A DNA stretch of 64,000 nt from Acidobacteriota bacterium (GCA_019244185.1 JAFATB010000006.1:448001-512000); one strand, 5' to 3'; positions 39,747 to 51,300 are shown, counted from the first letter of the stretch. Program-made: numbers and translations. The notes: generated by a model from the sequence alone, not told the origin.

Positions 39747-40529
39747 GTGTCGAACCTCCTTGTCGTCGATCTCGGCAACACGAATCTTGTTCTCGGCATC
39801 TATCGCGGCGACGAGCTCGTGAGCTCGTGGCGCCTTGCCACCGCGCGCGAACGCACGGCGGATGAATACGGCATCCTCGCGCGGCAACTCGTCGGCGACG
39901 CGCTGCATCAGTCGCTCGAAGGCGCGATCGTCGCGTCCGTCGTGCCGCCGCTGAACAGCGCCGTGACGTTCATGATCCGCAAGTACTTCGGCATCGAGCC
40001 GCTGTTCGTCGAGCCGGGCGTGAAGACCGGCATCGCCATTCACGTCGACAACCCGCTCGAAGTCGGTGCGGACCGCATCGTCAACTGCGCGGCCGCGCAC
40101 GAGGCGTACGGAGGGCCAGCGGTGATCGTCGACTTCGGCACCGCGACGACGTTCGACGTCGTCACCGCGAACGCGGAGTTCGTCGGCGGCGTCATCGCGC
40201 CCGGCCTCAACATCTCCGCGGAAGCGCTCTTCGCGCGCGCAGCGCGCCTCCCGCGCGTCGACGTCAAACGCCCCGAGCACGTCATCGGCACGAACACCGT
40301 CGTCAACATGCAGTCCGGCATCTACTTCGGCTACCTCGGCCTCGTCGACGGCATCCTCGCCCGCATCAAACGCGAAGTCCCGAATCTCAAAAAGGTGGTC
40401 GCCACCGGCGGCCTTGCGGGACTCTTCGCCGAAGAGAGCGAGCACATTGACGAAGTCGATCCGGAACTGACGATGAAAGGCCTGAAGCTGATCTACGATC
40501 GAAATCGTAGCTCGCGGCGGAAGAAATGA
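39747..40529 (+). CDS. coaX: Type III pantothenate kinase
   Basis: VDLGNTN, GADR, VDFGTATT, GG.I.PG, ATGG. Confidence 0.96.
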   Translation: MSNLLVVDLGNTNLVLGIYRGDELVSSWRLATARERTADEYGILARQLVGDALHQSLEGAIVASVVPPLNSAVTFMIRKYFGIEPLFVEPGVKTGIAIHVDNPLEVGADRIVNCAAAHEAYGGPAVIVDFGTATTFDVVTANAEFVGGVIAPGLNISAEALFARAARLPRVDVKRPEHVIGTNTVVNMQSGIYFGYLGLVDGILARIKREVPNLKKVVATGGLAGLFAEESEHIDEVDPELTMKGLKLIYDRNRSSRRKK

Positions 40530-40602
40530 AGGCGGAAGGCAGAATCAACAAACTCGCGCGTTTCTTCTTCATTCTTCCTTCTGCATTCTGCATTCTGCAT
40601 TC
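40526..40602. repeat. Heptamer-repeat hairpin element (TTCTGCA)n
   Basis: ATGAAGG-CGGAAGG-CAGAAT ... ATTCTTC-CTTCTGC-ATTCTGC-ATTCTGC. Confidence 0.75.
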
Positions 40603-42148
40603 AGCCGCCGCCTATGGCGGCGGCGTCTCGAACTCCCCCCACGCCGCCCTCTCCACCTCCTCCCCGCTCGCCACCAAAGCCGGCCTCTCGATTCTGCAAA
40701 ATGGCGGCAACGCCGCTGATGCCGCGGTGGCAATTGCGTTCGTGTTGTCGGCGGTCGAACCGCAGTCGCAGACGATCGGCGGCGGCGGGTTCGCCGTCTA
40801 CTACGACGCCGCGACGCGCGCCGTGTGGACGCTCGACTTTCGCGAGACCGCGCCGCTCGCGGTGACGCGCGACGCATTCGCCAAGCCCGTGAACGGCGCG
40901 CTCGCCGCGGGCGTCCCCGGCACCGTCGCGGGACTCGACGCGTTGCGCCAGAAGTTCGGCACGAAGTCGTGGAAGGAATTGCTCGCGCCGGCGATCGCGC
41001 TCTCGCGCGAAGGGCTCCACGTCGACGCGCAACTCGCGGCGGACATCGACGCCGCGAAGCGCGACCGCAACCTCGCCGTCCTCGACGGCGCGTCCGCGGG
41101 CAAAACGATCGCGCAGACGGAGCTCGCGACGACGCTGCAGCGGCTCGCTATTCGCGGCGCGCGCGACTTCTACGAAGGCTCGCTCGCGTCGGAGCTCATC
41201 GAAAGCGTGCACGACGCCGGCGGCATCATCGGCTATCGCGACCTCCGCGACTACAAGGCGATCTGGCGCGCGCCGCTGAAACTGCACTTCGGCGCGTACG
41301 ACCTCTACACCGTTCCGCCGCCGTCGGGCGGCGGCGTGGTCATCGGCGAGGTGCTGAACATCCTCGCGAACGACGACCTCGGCGCGCTCGGCTTCCAGAC
41401 GCCGCGCATGCTGCATCTGCTGCTCGAAGCGGAGCGCCGCGCCGTCATCGATCGCGACAAATACCTCGCCGACCCGCTCACCGCGCGCATTCCGTATCGC
41501 GAATTGCTGTCGCGCAAGCGCGGCGACGCGTGGCGCAAGTCCATCGATCCCGCACGCGCGATCGCCACCGCGCAGCTCACCGAGCCGAGCGCGATCTCCG
41601 CCGAAGGCGAGCACACGACGCACTTCACCATCGCTGACGCGCACGGCAACGTCGCCAGCGTCACGATCTCCCTCGGCGATGACTTCGGCGGCGGCTTCGT
41701 CGTCCCGCGCCTCGGCTTCTTTCTCAACGACGCCATGCGCGACTTCAGCGCGAAACCGCCGAATGACGTCGCCGCGTCGAAGCGTCCCGCGTCGTCGCTT
41801 TCGCCCTTGATCGTGCTGCGCGACGACAAGCCGTTCCTCGCGCTCGGCACGCGCGGCGGCTCGACGATTCCGACGACGATTCTCGGCGTGTTCCTCGACG
41901 TCGCCGTCTTCGGCAAGTCATTGCCCGACGCCGTCGAGGCGCCGCGCTGGCACCAGCAGGCGGCCCCCGAGGAGCTCGCGTACGAGCGCGAACGCGCGCC
42001 GAAGGCGACGGTGGATGCGCTGAACGCGATGGGACACGGCGTCAACGCGCGCGACGCGATCGGCGACGTGCACGCGATTTTGTTCGAGAAGGGCCGGCTC
42101 GTCGCCGTCGCGGATTCGCGGCGCGGCGGCGCGGCCGGAGGCTACTGA
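40526..42148 (+). CDS. ggt: Gamma-glutamyltransferase-family protein
   Basis: GGNAADAAVA, DFRE.AP, VPGTVAG, TTHF (N-terminal nucleophile Thr), APRWH.Q. Confidence 0.9.
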   Translation: MKAEGRINKLARFFFILPSAFCILHSAAAYGGGVSNSPHAALSTSSPLATKAGLSILQNGGNAADAAVAIAFVLSAVEPQSQTIGGGGFAVYYDAATRAVWTLDFRETAPLAVTRDAFAKPVNGALAAGVPGTVAGLDALRQKFGTKSWKELLAPAIALSREGLHVDAQLAADIDAAKRDRNLAVLDGASAGKTIAQTELATTLQRLAIRGARDFYEGSLASELIESVHDAGGIIGYRDLRDYKAIWRAPLKLHFGAYDLYTVPPPSGGGVVIGEVLNILANDDLGALGFQTPRMLHLLLEAERRAVIDRDKYLADPLTARIPYRELLSRKRGDAWRKSIDPARAIATAQLTEPSAISAEGEHTTHFTIADAHGNVASVTISLGDDFGGGFVVPRLGFFLNDAMRDFSAKPPNDVAASKRPASSLSPLIVLRDDKPFLALGTRGGSTIPTTILGVFLDVAVFGKSLPDAVEAPRWHQQAAPEELAYERERAPKATVDALNAMGHGVNARDAIGDVHAILFEKGRLVAVADSRRGGAAGGY

Positions 42149-42825
42149 TGACCAACCGCAAAGTCGAAGCCGCGCGCGCGGCGCTCCAGGAAGTGCGCAG
42201 CGGCATGCGACTCGGACTCGGCACCGGCTCGACCGCCGCGGAGTTCGTGAAGCTCCTCGGCGACGCGTTGCGCGACGGCACGCTGCGCGACATCCGCTGC
42301 ACGTGCACGTCCGAACAAACCGAAGCGCAGGCGCGCGAGGCAGGCGTGCCGACGTTCGCGCTGTACGAGGTCGCGCCGCTCGATCTCGCCGTCGACGGCG
42401 CCGATGAAATCGATCGCAACCTGCGGCTGATCAAAGGCCGTGGCGGCGCGCTGCTGCGCGAGAAGATCGTCGAACAACAGGCGCTGCGCTTCATCGTCAT
42501 CGCCGACGACTCGAAAATCGTCGAGCGTTTGGGCGTCGGCGTGTTGCCGGTCGAAGTCACTCCGTTTGCGCGCGAAGTGCTCGAGCGCCGCTTTGCGGAG
42601 ATGGGACTCGCGCCGGTGCTGCGCCTGCGCGATGGCAAGCCGCGCGTCACCGACGAAGGTCATCTCATCCTCGACGTCCGCGTGCCGGAGAACGTCGACG
42701 TCGCCGACTGCGTCGCGCGCATGCGCGAACACGCGGGCGTCGTCGACACCGGCTTCTTTCCGACCGAAGCGACGGAGGCGATCATCGCCGGAGACGACGG
42801 CATCCGGCGCATGACGCGCGGCTGA
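42148..42825 (+). CDS. rpiA: Ribose-5-phosphate isomerase A
   Basis: GLGTGST, DGADE, IKGRGGALLREK, LPVEV. Confidence 0.96.
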   Translation: MTNRKVEAARAALQEVRSGMRLGLGTGSTAAEFVKLLGDALRDGTLRDIRCTCTSEQTEAQAREAGVPTFALYEVAPLDLAVDGADEIDRNLRLIKGRGGALLREKIVEQQALRFIVIADDSKIVERLGVGVLPVEVTPFAREVLERRFAEMGLAPVLRLRDGKPRVTDEGHLILDVRVPENVDVADCVARMREHAGVVDTGFFPTEATEAIIAGDDGIRRMTRG

Positions 42826-43496
42826 TGCAACGTCCGCCGCAACGCGCGCCGGCGAAGTCGTTCGATCGGCGGCTGCTCATTCCCGCGTCGCTGTTCCTCA
42901 TCCTCGCGGTCTGGGTCTTCTGGCCGTCGCGCTACGCGCGCGTGAAGAACCTCGACTCGCGCGGCACGAGCATCATCGCGTACGGCGACTCGCTCACCGC
43001 CGGCTACGGCGCGAACGCGGGCGAGGACTATCCGTCGCAGCTCGCGAAGCGCCTTGGTGTTGACGTCGTGAACGCGGGCGTCAGCGGCGACACCACGGAG
43101 AGCGCGCTCGCGCGCATCGACGCCGACGTGCTCGCGCGCAGTCCGCGCATCGTGATCGTCGGCCTCGGCGGCAACGACTTCCTGCAAAGCGTGCCGATCG
43201 CGCGCACGGAAGCGAACCTGCGCACGATCATCGAGCGCATTCACGGCGCCGGCGCGATGGTCGTGCTCGTCGGCTTCCGCTTCCCGAGTCTCAACGCCGA
43301 CTACGAGGGGATGTACGCGAAGCTCGCGCGCGACGAAGGATGCCTGTTCGTCGGCAACGTGCTCGCCGGCATCCTCACCGATCCCTCGCTGAAGAGCGAC
43401 GAGATCCATCCGAACGCGCGCGGTTACGCGCTGATGGCCGAGCGCATCGCGCCGCCGCTCGCGAAGCTCATCGCCAAAGCCAACGCGAAGCGCTAA
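42825..43496 (+). CDS. SGNH/GDSL arylesterase (TesA-like)
   Basis: GDSLT, NAGVSG, GGND, D.IHPN. Confidence 0.92.
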   Translation: MQRPPQRAPAKSFDRRLLIPASLFLILAVWVFWPSRYARVKNLDSRGTSIIAYGDSLTAGYGANAGEDYPSQLAKRLGVDVVNAGVSGDTTESALARIDADVLARSPRIVIVGLGGNDFLQSVPIARTEANLRTIIERIHGAGAMVVLVGFRFPSLNADYEGMYAKLARDEGCLFVGNVLAGILTDPSLKSDEIHPNARGYALMAERIAPPLAKLIAKANAKR

Positions 43497-43506
43497 CGCC
43501 CAGGCG

Positions 43507-44115
43507 CTAACGCGCGCGAGCCGGCGCCGCGTCGGTCTTCTTCACCATCACCGAGAACTTCCAGTCGCCCTTCTCCCAATGAAAGGCGATCTGCGACGCG
43601 AACGGATGGCGCAGCGGCTTGTCGATCTTCGTCTCGAACAGCGGATACAGCCACGTCGCGTGGTCGTAGTGCCAGATGAGCTCCGCGGAGCCGACGGTCG
43701 GCTCAGTTGGATGGCGCACGAAGTCGCGCAGGCCGTCGTAGACCTTCTCGCAGATCTTCCCGCGGTAGACCGGGCCGCGCAGACTCGGCGCCGTGCCGAG
43801 GATCGGGAAGCCCTTCGCGGTGACCTTGGCGATGTAGGTCGCGGACTGTTCGTCGGGATGCGCCTCGCCCACGACGACGAGTCCCGCGCGCTCGAGGTTG
43901 TGCAGCGTGCGCAGCGCTTTTTCGTCGTAGTCGTCCTTCGGCGACTGCGGCGTCCACCACACTTTCTGCGGCACTTCCGCGTAGACCGGCTCGCGTTGCA
44001 CGGAGCGGTCGCCGATGATTTCCTGCGCCTTCGCGGCGGTCAGCGGCTCCGGTTTGGCGCACGCGAACGCGAGCAGTGCGGCGGCCGCGACCGTGGCGAT
44101 TCCTTGACTCGTCAT
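43507..44115 (-). CDS. Hypothetical lipoprotein
   Basis: Lipobox LAFAC after a hydrophobic stretch. Confidence 0.7.
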   Translation of the reverse strand: MTSQGIATVAAAALLAFACAKPEPLTAAKAQEIIGDRSVQREPVYAEVPQKVWWTPQSPKDDYDEKALRTLHNLERAGLVVVGEAHPDEQSATYIAKVTAKGFPILGTAPSLRGPVYRGKICEKVYDGLRDFVRHPTEPTVGSAELIWHYDHATWLYPLFETKIDKPLRHPFASQIAFHWEKGDWKFSVMVKKTDAAPARAR

Positions 44116-44141
44116 GCTGCGCATGTTATCTGCCCCACCGT

Positions 44142-46661
44142 TTGACCAATCGGATTCTCGACGCGCTCGCCAAGCTCTGCCTCCGGCACAGCAAAGCCAT
44201 CCTGATCGCCGCGGCGCTCCTGGGCCTGCTGGCCGTCGCCGGCGCCTCGCGCCTGCATTTCGATCCCGACCTGCTCAACCTCATCCCGCAGAACAACAAG
44301 CAGGTGAATGATTTTCGCCGCGTGCTCCGCGACCTCGGCACGCTCGACAATCACGTGATCGTGATGCAGATGCCGAAAGGCGTCGACGTCCACACCTACG
44401 ATCCGCTCATCGAATCGATCGCGAACGGCTACCGCCACAGCACGCGCATCGAGGAAGTGCAGTACCACATCCCGAATCCGCTCGACTTCATCGACCTGCT
44501 GCTGCCGCGCGCGCTACTGTTCCTCGCGCCCGAGCAGCTCGACAGCGTGGCGCAGAAGCTCTCCGACGCCGGCATTCACGAAGCCGTCGCGCGCAACCGC
44601 ACGCTGCTGCAGACGCCGCAGTCGATGGCGCTCAAGCAGCTCATCCAGTACGACCCGTTCAACCTCGCCACGATCTTCCTCGAGAAGATCAACAACGCCA
44701 GCGGCGGCTTCCGCATCGACGCGGCCAGCGGCTACTACCTCTCGGCCGATCACACGATGCTGCTGATGCTGATCAAGCCGAAGCGGCCGGCGCAGGACGT
44801 GCCGTTCGCGAAGCAGCTCCTCGCCGAAGGCGCGATCATCGAGGCGCGCGCGCTCAAGGAGTTCGAACAGTCGACCGGCGCGAAAGTGCCGCTGCCGAAG
44901 ATCGAGCACACCGGCGGCTATCAGATCGCGGCAGGCGACGCGGACCTCATCCGCGGCGACATCATCATCAACGTCGTCGGCTCGTTCTTCGGCGTGCTCG
45001 CGCTGTTCCTCTACGCGTTCCGCCGCCCCGCCGCGATCATGTACGGCGCGCTGCCGATGGCCCTCGGCCTTGGCCTCACGTTCGGCGTCGCGGGCGTGGT
45101 GTACGGGCAGCTGTCGTCGGCGAGCGCGGGATTCGCGGCGCTGCTCGCGGGACTCGGCATCGACTTCATCACCGTCATCTACGGCCGCTACGTCGATGAG
45201 CGCAACCGCGGCGCGACGATGCCGCACGGGCTCATCACAGCGATCCGCACGACGCTGCCGGGCGTGTTCGTTGCCGCGATCACGACGGCCGCGACGTTCT
45301 TCGCGTTCCTCGCGACCGACTTCCGCGGGATGACGCAGCTCGGCTTCCTCACCGGCACCGGCATCCTCTTCTTCCTGGCCTGCACGGCGCTGCTGCTGCC
45401 CGCGCTCATCGTGCGCGGCGAACGGCGCGAGGGAAAGCGCGCGCCGAAGCTCTACCTCCATTCGTTCGGCTCCGGCACGCTCATCGACCGCTCGCTCGAA
45501 CGGCCGAAGCTGACGCTCGCGATCTGGCTCGTGTTCATCGCGTTCTGCTGCGTCGCCGCGACGCGCCTGCGCTTCAGCGACAACATCCAGGACCTGCGCG
45601 CGAAGGGCAACGAAGGCGTTCTCAATCAGGAGAAGGTGACGAAGAAGTTCGGCCAGTCCTTCGAGTTCATGATGTACGTGATCGAAGGGAAGTCGCTCGA
45701 CGACGTCCTCGCGCGCACGCACCGCGCGGCCGCGGAGATCAAGCCGCTCGTCGCCGATCACACGATCGCGTCATATCAGTCGATCGCGACGTTCGTCCCG
45801 CCGCGCGATCAGCAGCTGGCCGTCATCCGCACGCTCGAGGCGGGGCGCAACGACCGCTTCAACTTCGCGCGCATCGACGCGACGTTCCGCCGCGAGCTCG
45901 CCGCCGCGGGCTTCCGTCCCGAGGCATATAACGACTACATGAGACTCTTCGCGCAGACGATTGCGCCGAAAGAGCCGATCACGATCGACACGCTGAGCGA
46001 TCCCGATCTGACCGCGTTCACGTCGCGTTTCGTGAAGAAGGTGCCGAACGGCTGGATGTCGGTGACGTATCTCTATCCCGCGGGCGGCAAGTGGCCGCGT
46101 GAGGTGCCGCCGAAACTGCTCGCGCTGACGCAGCGGCATCCCGACGAGATCCTGACCGGTATCAACCTCGTCAGCGGCACGCTGCGCCGCATCGTGAAAG
46201 CGGACGCCATGCGCTCGACGGTCATCGGCTTCGCCGCCGTGATCGTGATCATGGTGCTGGCATTCCGCAAGCCGGTGACGGCGCTGCTGACGTTCGTGCC
46301 GTTCGTCGCAGGCGCGGCGGCGATGGCGGGACTCATGGCCGTCGCCGGACTCGAGTTCAACTTCATGAACATCTTCGTCGGGCTGATGATCATCGGCGTC
46401 GGCACCGACTACGCCGTCTACATCCTGCAGCGTTACCACGAAGACCCCGCGCACTTCCCGCACGCGGTGCACGAGACCGGCAAGGCCGTGGTCATGGCCG
46501 CGCTGACGGCAATCGTCGGCTACGGCTCGTTCGCGCTGTCGCACTATCCGGGACTGCGGTCGATTGGGTATGCTTCGTTCTTTGGAATTTTCTTCGGCGG
46601 GCTGGCCGCGATCACGCTGCTGCCCGCGATTCTGATCCTGCTACGGAGAGAGAGCGCATGA
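44142..46661 (+). CDS. MMPL/RND-superfamily lipid exporter
   Basis: Two repeats of TM + large loop + TM bundle, with GLGIDF and GVGTDY motifs. TTG start is inferred. Confidence 0.9.
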   Translation: MTNRILDALAKLCLRHSKAILIAAALLGLLAVAGASRLHFDPDLLNLIPQNNKQVNDFRRVLRDLGTLDNHVIVMQMPKGVDVHTYDPLIESIANGYRHSTRIEEVQYHIPNPLDFIDLLLPRALLFLAPEQLDSVAQKLSDAGIHEAVARNRTLLQTPQSMALKQLIQYDPFNLATIFLEKINNASGGFRIDAASGYYLSADHTMLLMLIKPKRPAQDVPFAKQLLAEGAIIEARALKEFEQSTGAKVPLPKIEHTGGYQIAAGDADLIRGDIIINVVGSFFGVLALFLYAFRRPAAIMYGALPMALGLGLTFGVAGVVYGQLSSASAGFAALLAGLGIDFITVIYGRYVDERNRGATMPHGLITAIRTTLPGVFVAAITTAATFFAFLATDFRGMTQLGFLTGTGILFFLACTALLLPALIVRGERREGKRAPKLYLHSFGSGTLIDRSLERPKLTLAIWLVFIAFCCVAATRLRFSDNIQDLRAKGNEGVLNQEKVTKKFGQSFEFMMYVIEGKSLDDVLARTHRAAAEIKPLVADHTIASYQSIATFVPPRDQQLAVIRTLEAGRNDRFNFARIDATFRRELAAAGFRPEAYNDYMRLFAQTIAPKEPITIDTLSDPDLTAFTSRFVKKVPNGWMSVTYLYPAGGKWPREVPPKLLALTQRHPDEILTGINLVSGTLRRIVKADAMRSTVIGFAAVIVIMVLAFRKPVTALLTFVPFVAGAAAMAGLMAVAGLEFNFMNIFVGLMIIGVGTDYAVYILQRYHEDPAHFPHAVHETGKAVVMAALTAIVGYGSFALSHYPGLRSIGYASFFGIFFGGLAAITLLPAILILLRRESA

Positions 46662-47236
46662 GCGAGAAAGCGATGACCATCCCCGCCGCCGTCGACGAGC
46701 GGATCCGCGGGCGCGTGGCCGCGAACATGCTGTTGGTGGTAACCGCGAGCGCCCTGATCGCGCTCGCGGCGCAGGTGGCCATTCCGCTGCCGTTCACGCC
46801 CGTGCCGCTGACCTTGCAGCCGCTTGCCGTGATCTTCCTCGGCGCCGCCCTCGGCGCGCGCCGCGGCGCCGCCGCCGCAGCGCTCTATCTGCTCGAAGGC
46901 TTCAGCGGCCTCCCCGTCTTCGCCCAAGGCCACGGCGGCCCGCTCTGGCTCGTCGGCCCGACGGCGGGCTACCTCTATTCGTACCCGTTCGCCGCCTGGC
47001 TCTCCGGCTTCGTCTCCGAGCGCGGCTGGGGCAGCACCATCTCCCGCGCCGTCACCGGCATGCTCCTCGCCCTCGCCGTCATCTACACCGGCGGCTGGTC
47101 CTGGCTGGCGATGCTCACCGGCGCGCGTAATGCGTTCTCAGGCGGCGTCGCGCCGTTCATCGTGGCCGACATCGTCAAGGTGGCCATCGGGGCGGCGCTG
47201 TTGCCGAAGGCGCAGCGGGTGGTGGGGCGGGTGTAA
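46658..47236 (+). CDS. bioY: Biotin transporter S-component
   Basis: PFTPVP.TLQ, GLPVFA, GPTAGYL. Confidence 0.95.
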   Translation: MSEKAMTIPAAVDERIRGRVAANMLLVVTASALIALAAQVAIPLPFTPVPLTLQPLAVIFLGAALGARRGAAAAALYLLEGFSGLPVFAQGHGGPLWLVGPTAGYLYSYPFAAWLSGFVSERGWGSTISRAVTGMLLALAVIYTGGWSWLAMLTGARNAFSGGVAPFIVADIVKVAIGAALLPKAQRVVGRV

Positions 47237-47797
47237 GCGTGCAGCGCGCGGCGTGCGCGCTAGCATGCAACGTCAGTCGTTCTGGTCGTCCGTACATGGA
47301 TAAAAAGTAATCGCAATCGTCGCCGGCCGCATCGGTAAGCTGTCGACTGACGTGAGTGGTATGTCTACCGAAGCTGTTGCATTAGACGTGAACAACGCGA
47401 CATCGAGGTAGACACTGATGCCTTGGGCCGCGAGATTTGAATTGCTGCATTCAAGCCTTGCACTGATTGTCGCTCTGCTGACTTAGGTCGTTGTGTGGCT
47501 CGGCGAACGAAATCAGAAGACGCGACTGGCTAAACACCTTCCGCCCGGACCTTCTTGCAGTGATCAACCAACCCCTTAAACCCCTCACACCCGCGATTCG
47601 TTGTAAGTCCAGCAGACTCAGATCTGAACTTACCAAGTCAAGCGAGACAAGATTACGGAGGCGACCGTCTGCGTCAGTGAGGTGCCAGACGATCGGTGAA
47701 GGTATATCGCGGGCTACGCGACGCGCAGCGTGGGCCGTCGAGTTGGGCGATCGCGCGGCCCTCTTACCAGACGATGTGACAGCGGGCGTCGCGTACG

Positions 47798-48349
47798 CTA
47801 TTTCCACCGAGCCAACGCCGCGCGTGCTTCCGCCCGCACGTGCGGCGAACGGTCGTTCTCTAACGACTGCACACGCGCGCGTGCGCGGGCTTTCAATCGC
47901 GTGTCAGTGGTGCGCCGCGCGAGATTTCTTAACGCATCGGGGAGTACTGCTCTGGCCTGATCGTCAGACGATTCAACAAATCGCTCGAGAGCATCAAGTG
48001 CACCTCCATCAGTGAAGCATTCGGCGAAGAGAACGCCAATCATGAATGACCACATCCAGTGTTCTGACCGCCCGAACTCCCTTTCCGCCGCGACGCGCAC
48101 ATGCTCGCGCGCATCCGTGGATAAGTACTCCCAGTTATCGTCGAAATGTTTCCAGAGCAACCACGACGGCTCCCATGCTCGCGCGGCGTCAGTCGTGAGT
48201 ACCTGCAAAGCCGCTTTCAAGGTCCCGGTATCGTACTCGCCTCTTCTAAGCACGACGCTGCCTAGCTGAAAAAGCGCGCTTTCTAGTCCGTGCTGGTCTG
48301 ACGCAGCGACTGCACTCGCGATTTGGTTCAACAGTACAGTGTCTGTCAT
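47798..48349 (-). CDS. Candidate Rhs immunity protein (helical, HEAT-like C-terminus)
   Basis: Starts 7 bp after the Rhs stop, same strand. Ends L.ND.SP.VR.EA..AL. Confidence 0.7.
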   Translation of the reverse strand: MTDTVLLNQIASAVAASDQHGLESALFQLGSVVLRRGEYDTGTLKAALQVLTTDAARAWEPSWLLWKHFDDNWEYLSTDAREHVRVAAEREFGRSEHWMWSFMIGVLFAECFTDGGALDALERFVESSDDQARAVLPDALRNLARRTTDTRLKARARARVQSLENDRSPHVRAEARAALARWK

Positions 48350-48356
48350 TGATTCG

Positions 48357-51300
48357 TCAGGGAACGGGAACCAGGTTGCGCGGAGGGTACAGCCGACTCA
48401 GTTCTGAGAATACGAGGTAAGCAGCGAGCGCAGCGCCGGTCAAGCCCGTTGCGCGTTCCCAATAGGTACGACTAAAGAACTTTCCGAAGCCGTCGCCTGT
48501 CGGCGCTCCTGATGGAGGATCACAACTGCAGTTTGCGAGATATTCGGCTTTTCGCGCGGCGAGTTGCGCCTTATCAGTGTCAATTAATCGGCGATGACCG
48601 CGCCGGCTCAACCGCGGCAACTTGTCATCCCCCAGAGCCGCCTCCGGTAACCCGAGCGGATCCTCGTCCAACTCTCCGACACGTTCATCAATCTTCTTTT
48701 GCAAGTTCTCAATCGTCCGAAGCAGGCGACGACAATATTCGGAACTCTTCGGAAGAAGTCCGAACGCATCGAATTCGTTCGTGGGATTAGCTTCGACGTA
48801 TGAGTAACTATTGACGCCACCTGCAACTCCAATCGGATCCGCCTGCGTATACCGCCCCCACCCCGCACGATACCACCGGAAGATGTTGTACGACAGCTCT
48901 CCTCCGCCTGCCGGAGTCTCCTCCTGACCGGGGAGCCGCAGGATCTGGGGGTCGGTCATGTCGCCCGTACGATAGGAAAAGATCGCACCATAGGGCTCGT
49001 ACTCGGCGCGCCAAACGATGGCGGCGGTGGGATCGGTCTGCAGGAGCGGCGTGCCGAGGTGATCGGTGAAGGTGTAGCGGAGGGGGACACTCGCGTCGGT
49101 CGACGCCTGCGCAACCGGTTCGCTGCCGAACCAGATGTAGTCGGTCTCAGGAATCGGGTCGCCGAGGTCGAGCATTGGCGGCTCGAGGCGCACCAGAAGG
49201 TGCAGGTCGGGGGAGTAGACGAAGAGACGCGTGGTTTCGGGATCGCCGACACCTGGGGCGGAGGTATCTGTTACGCGTACGCCGCGGCCGTCGTAGGCAA
49301 AATCGGCGTACGGCTGCGGGAACTGTGAAATAACGCGAGGCGTTCCGGCGAAAAGGTTACGCGCACTGTAGTGGCCATGCGAAGTCTCGTTCCCGGCGGC
49401 GTCTACTGAGACGGTCTGGGTGCCCGTGCTCACCACTGACTGCAAACGCGGAGTGCTGCCAGAGTAGAAGAAACTGAGCGAACGGCTACCCAGTTGCGAT
49501 GACGTCATATTACCCATCGCGTCGTACGTGTAGCTGCCGGTTCCCCACAAGGACGCGCCACTGTTCGCAGTGACGAGCCGATTGAGATCGTCGTAGGCGA
49601 AGTCGCGATCGTAAGCCGCATCCGTGGCATCGTGGATCTCGGTGATGTTGCCGACAGCATCTTCGGCGTACGTGTAATCGGCGATCGTGCCTGACGGGCC
49701 GGACAGGCTGTTCTCCTGCGGCTGATAGCGCGCATTGAAGGCGCTGGTTTTCGTTGTCCCGTTGCCGTACACGACTTCAGTCGCGGGGCCGAACGGTAGA
49801 TAGGAGGCGGAGGTCACGACCGGCGTGGTATCCGCGGTCGCGGACACTGGACGCCGCGCAAAGTCGTATGCATACGTCACCGTACGGCCTGCGGGATAGA
49901 CGATCGAACTGCGATTCCCGGCGGCATCGTAGGCATACAGAGTCGAGAAAACCTTGGTCTCGGCGACCGGAAGTCCGCGCCGCTCGTAGCAATACGTCGT
50001 ATCGCCGGTCGGATCGCTCATCGTCGTGAGACGTCCGATTCCGTTGCCAGCGCTACAGAGATCCTGGTCGTACGTGTAGGTCACCGTCTCCGTATCGAGG
50101 CCGGTGCGGCTCGACTCGGCGGTGAGGAGGCGGCCGAGCGCGTCGTACGTCCGTGACGTCGTTGCGCCGTTTGCGTCCGTCGTGGACGTGACATTCCCCG
50201 CCTTGTCGTAAGCGTAGGTGGTGATTCCCGTCACGGGACTGGTCTGCGTGCGCATTTCGCCGAAGTCGTCGTAGGCGTACGACGTCACGTTGCCGTTCGG
50301 ATCGGTGACGCCGCTCAGATTGCCCTGAACGTCGTAACTGTAGCTCGTTTCGATCTCGCCGTTCGGCGCCGTGGCCAGCGTCTGGCGTACCGATGCCAGA
50401 CGACCTGCAGGATCATACGCGTAGAACGTGTTCGGGCTGTTATGGTTTTCGTCCTGAATGCTCACGACGCGGTTGTCCGCGTCATATGCGTACGCGATGG
50501 CGGCCCCGCCCGGATGCGTGATGCTGCTCAGCCGTCCGTCGCCGTCGTAGGCGTAACTCTCACGACGTTTCTCGACCCACGTGCTGTCTTCCGAAGCGAG
50601 ATAGCGTTCGAGGTTCTTCTTGCCGCTGCCGGAATCGTAGGTCGTGAGGATCTCCTCGCGCAGATCATTCTCGGCCGGCCCGCGCGCAACGCTTTCGACG
50701 CGTCCGCGGGAGTCGTATCCGTACACGGTGACGCCTTGTCCCGCGGGCAGCAACGAGTGAAGCGGCCCGTAGCCGTCGAACGCGCGCACGGTCGTCAGGT
50801 CGGTCGCGCAGAGCGGATCGCTCGTCGTGGAGCAACCGCTGACGCCCTCGAGCGTCGAGGTGATGACGCGCCCGATTTCGTCGGCCGTGGCGGTCGTGAC
50901 GACGCCGTTCGGATCGACCATCCGCAGCACGTTGCCGAAGTCGTCGTAGCTCTCGAGTCGCGTGATGTGTCCTGCAGCGTCACGAACCGCGGCGAGCCGT
51001 CCGCGCAGCTCCGACGGAACCGCGGAGTCGTTCGGGTAATACACGAACGTCGTCGTATCGTCGACGTCGGTCCGCGGTCCATTGACGCTCTTCCGCAACC
51101 GCGGCTGCGGCAGCCCGAGCCACGCCGACGCGAACGTGCCGCCGGGATTGAACACCGCGCCCTCGGTGACCGCGTCATACAACGTCGTCGTGGTGGTGCG
51201 CGTCTCCTCTCCCGCCGCCGTACGACCGGTGACCGCGTGCTCCAGCACCGCACCGGACAGGCTGTCATACGTAAAGGTCTCGCGTCGCAATGCGCCCGAG

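Noticed and set aside
47451-47807. ORF downstream of the immunity gene
   Set aside because: No RBS, no recognisable motif and atypical composition. Left unannotated.
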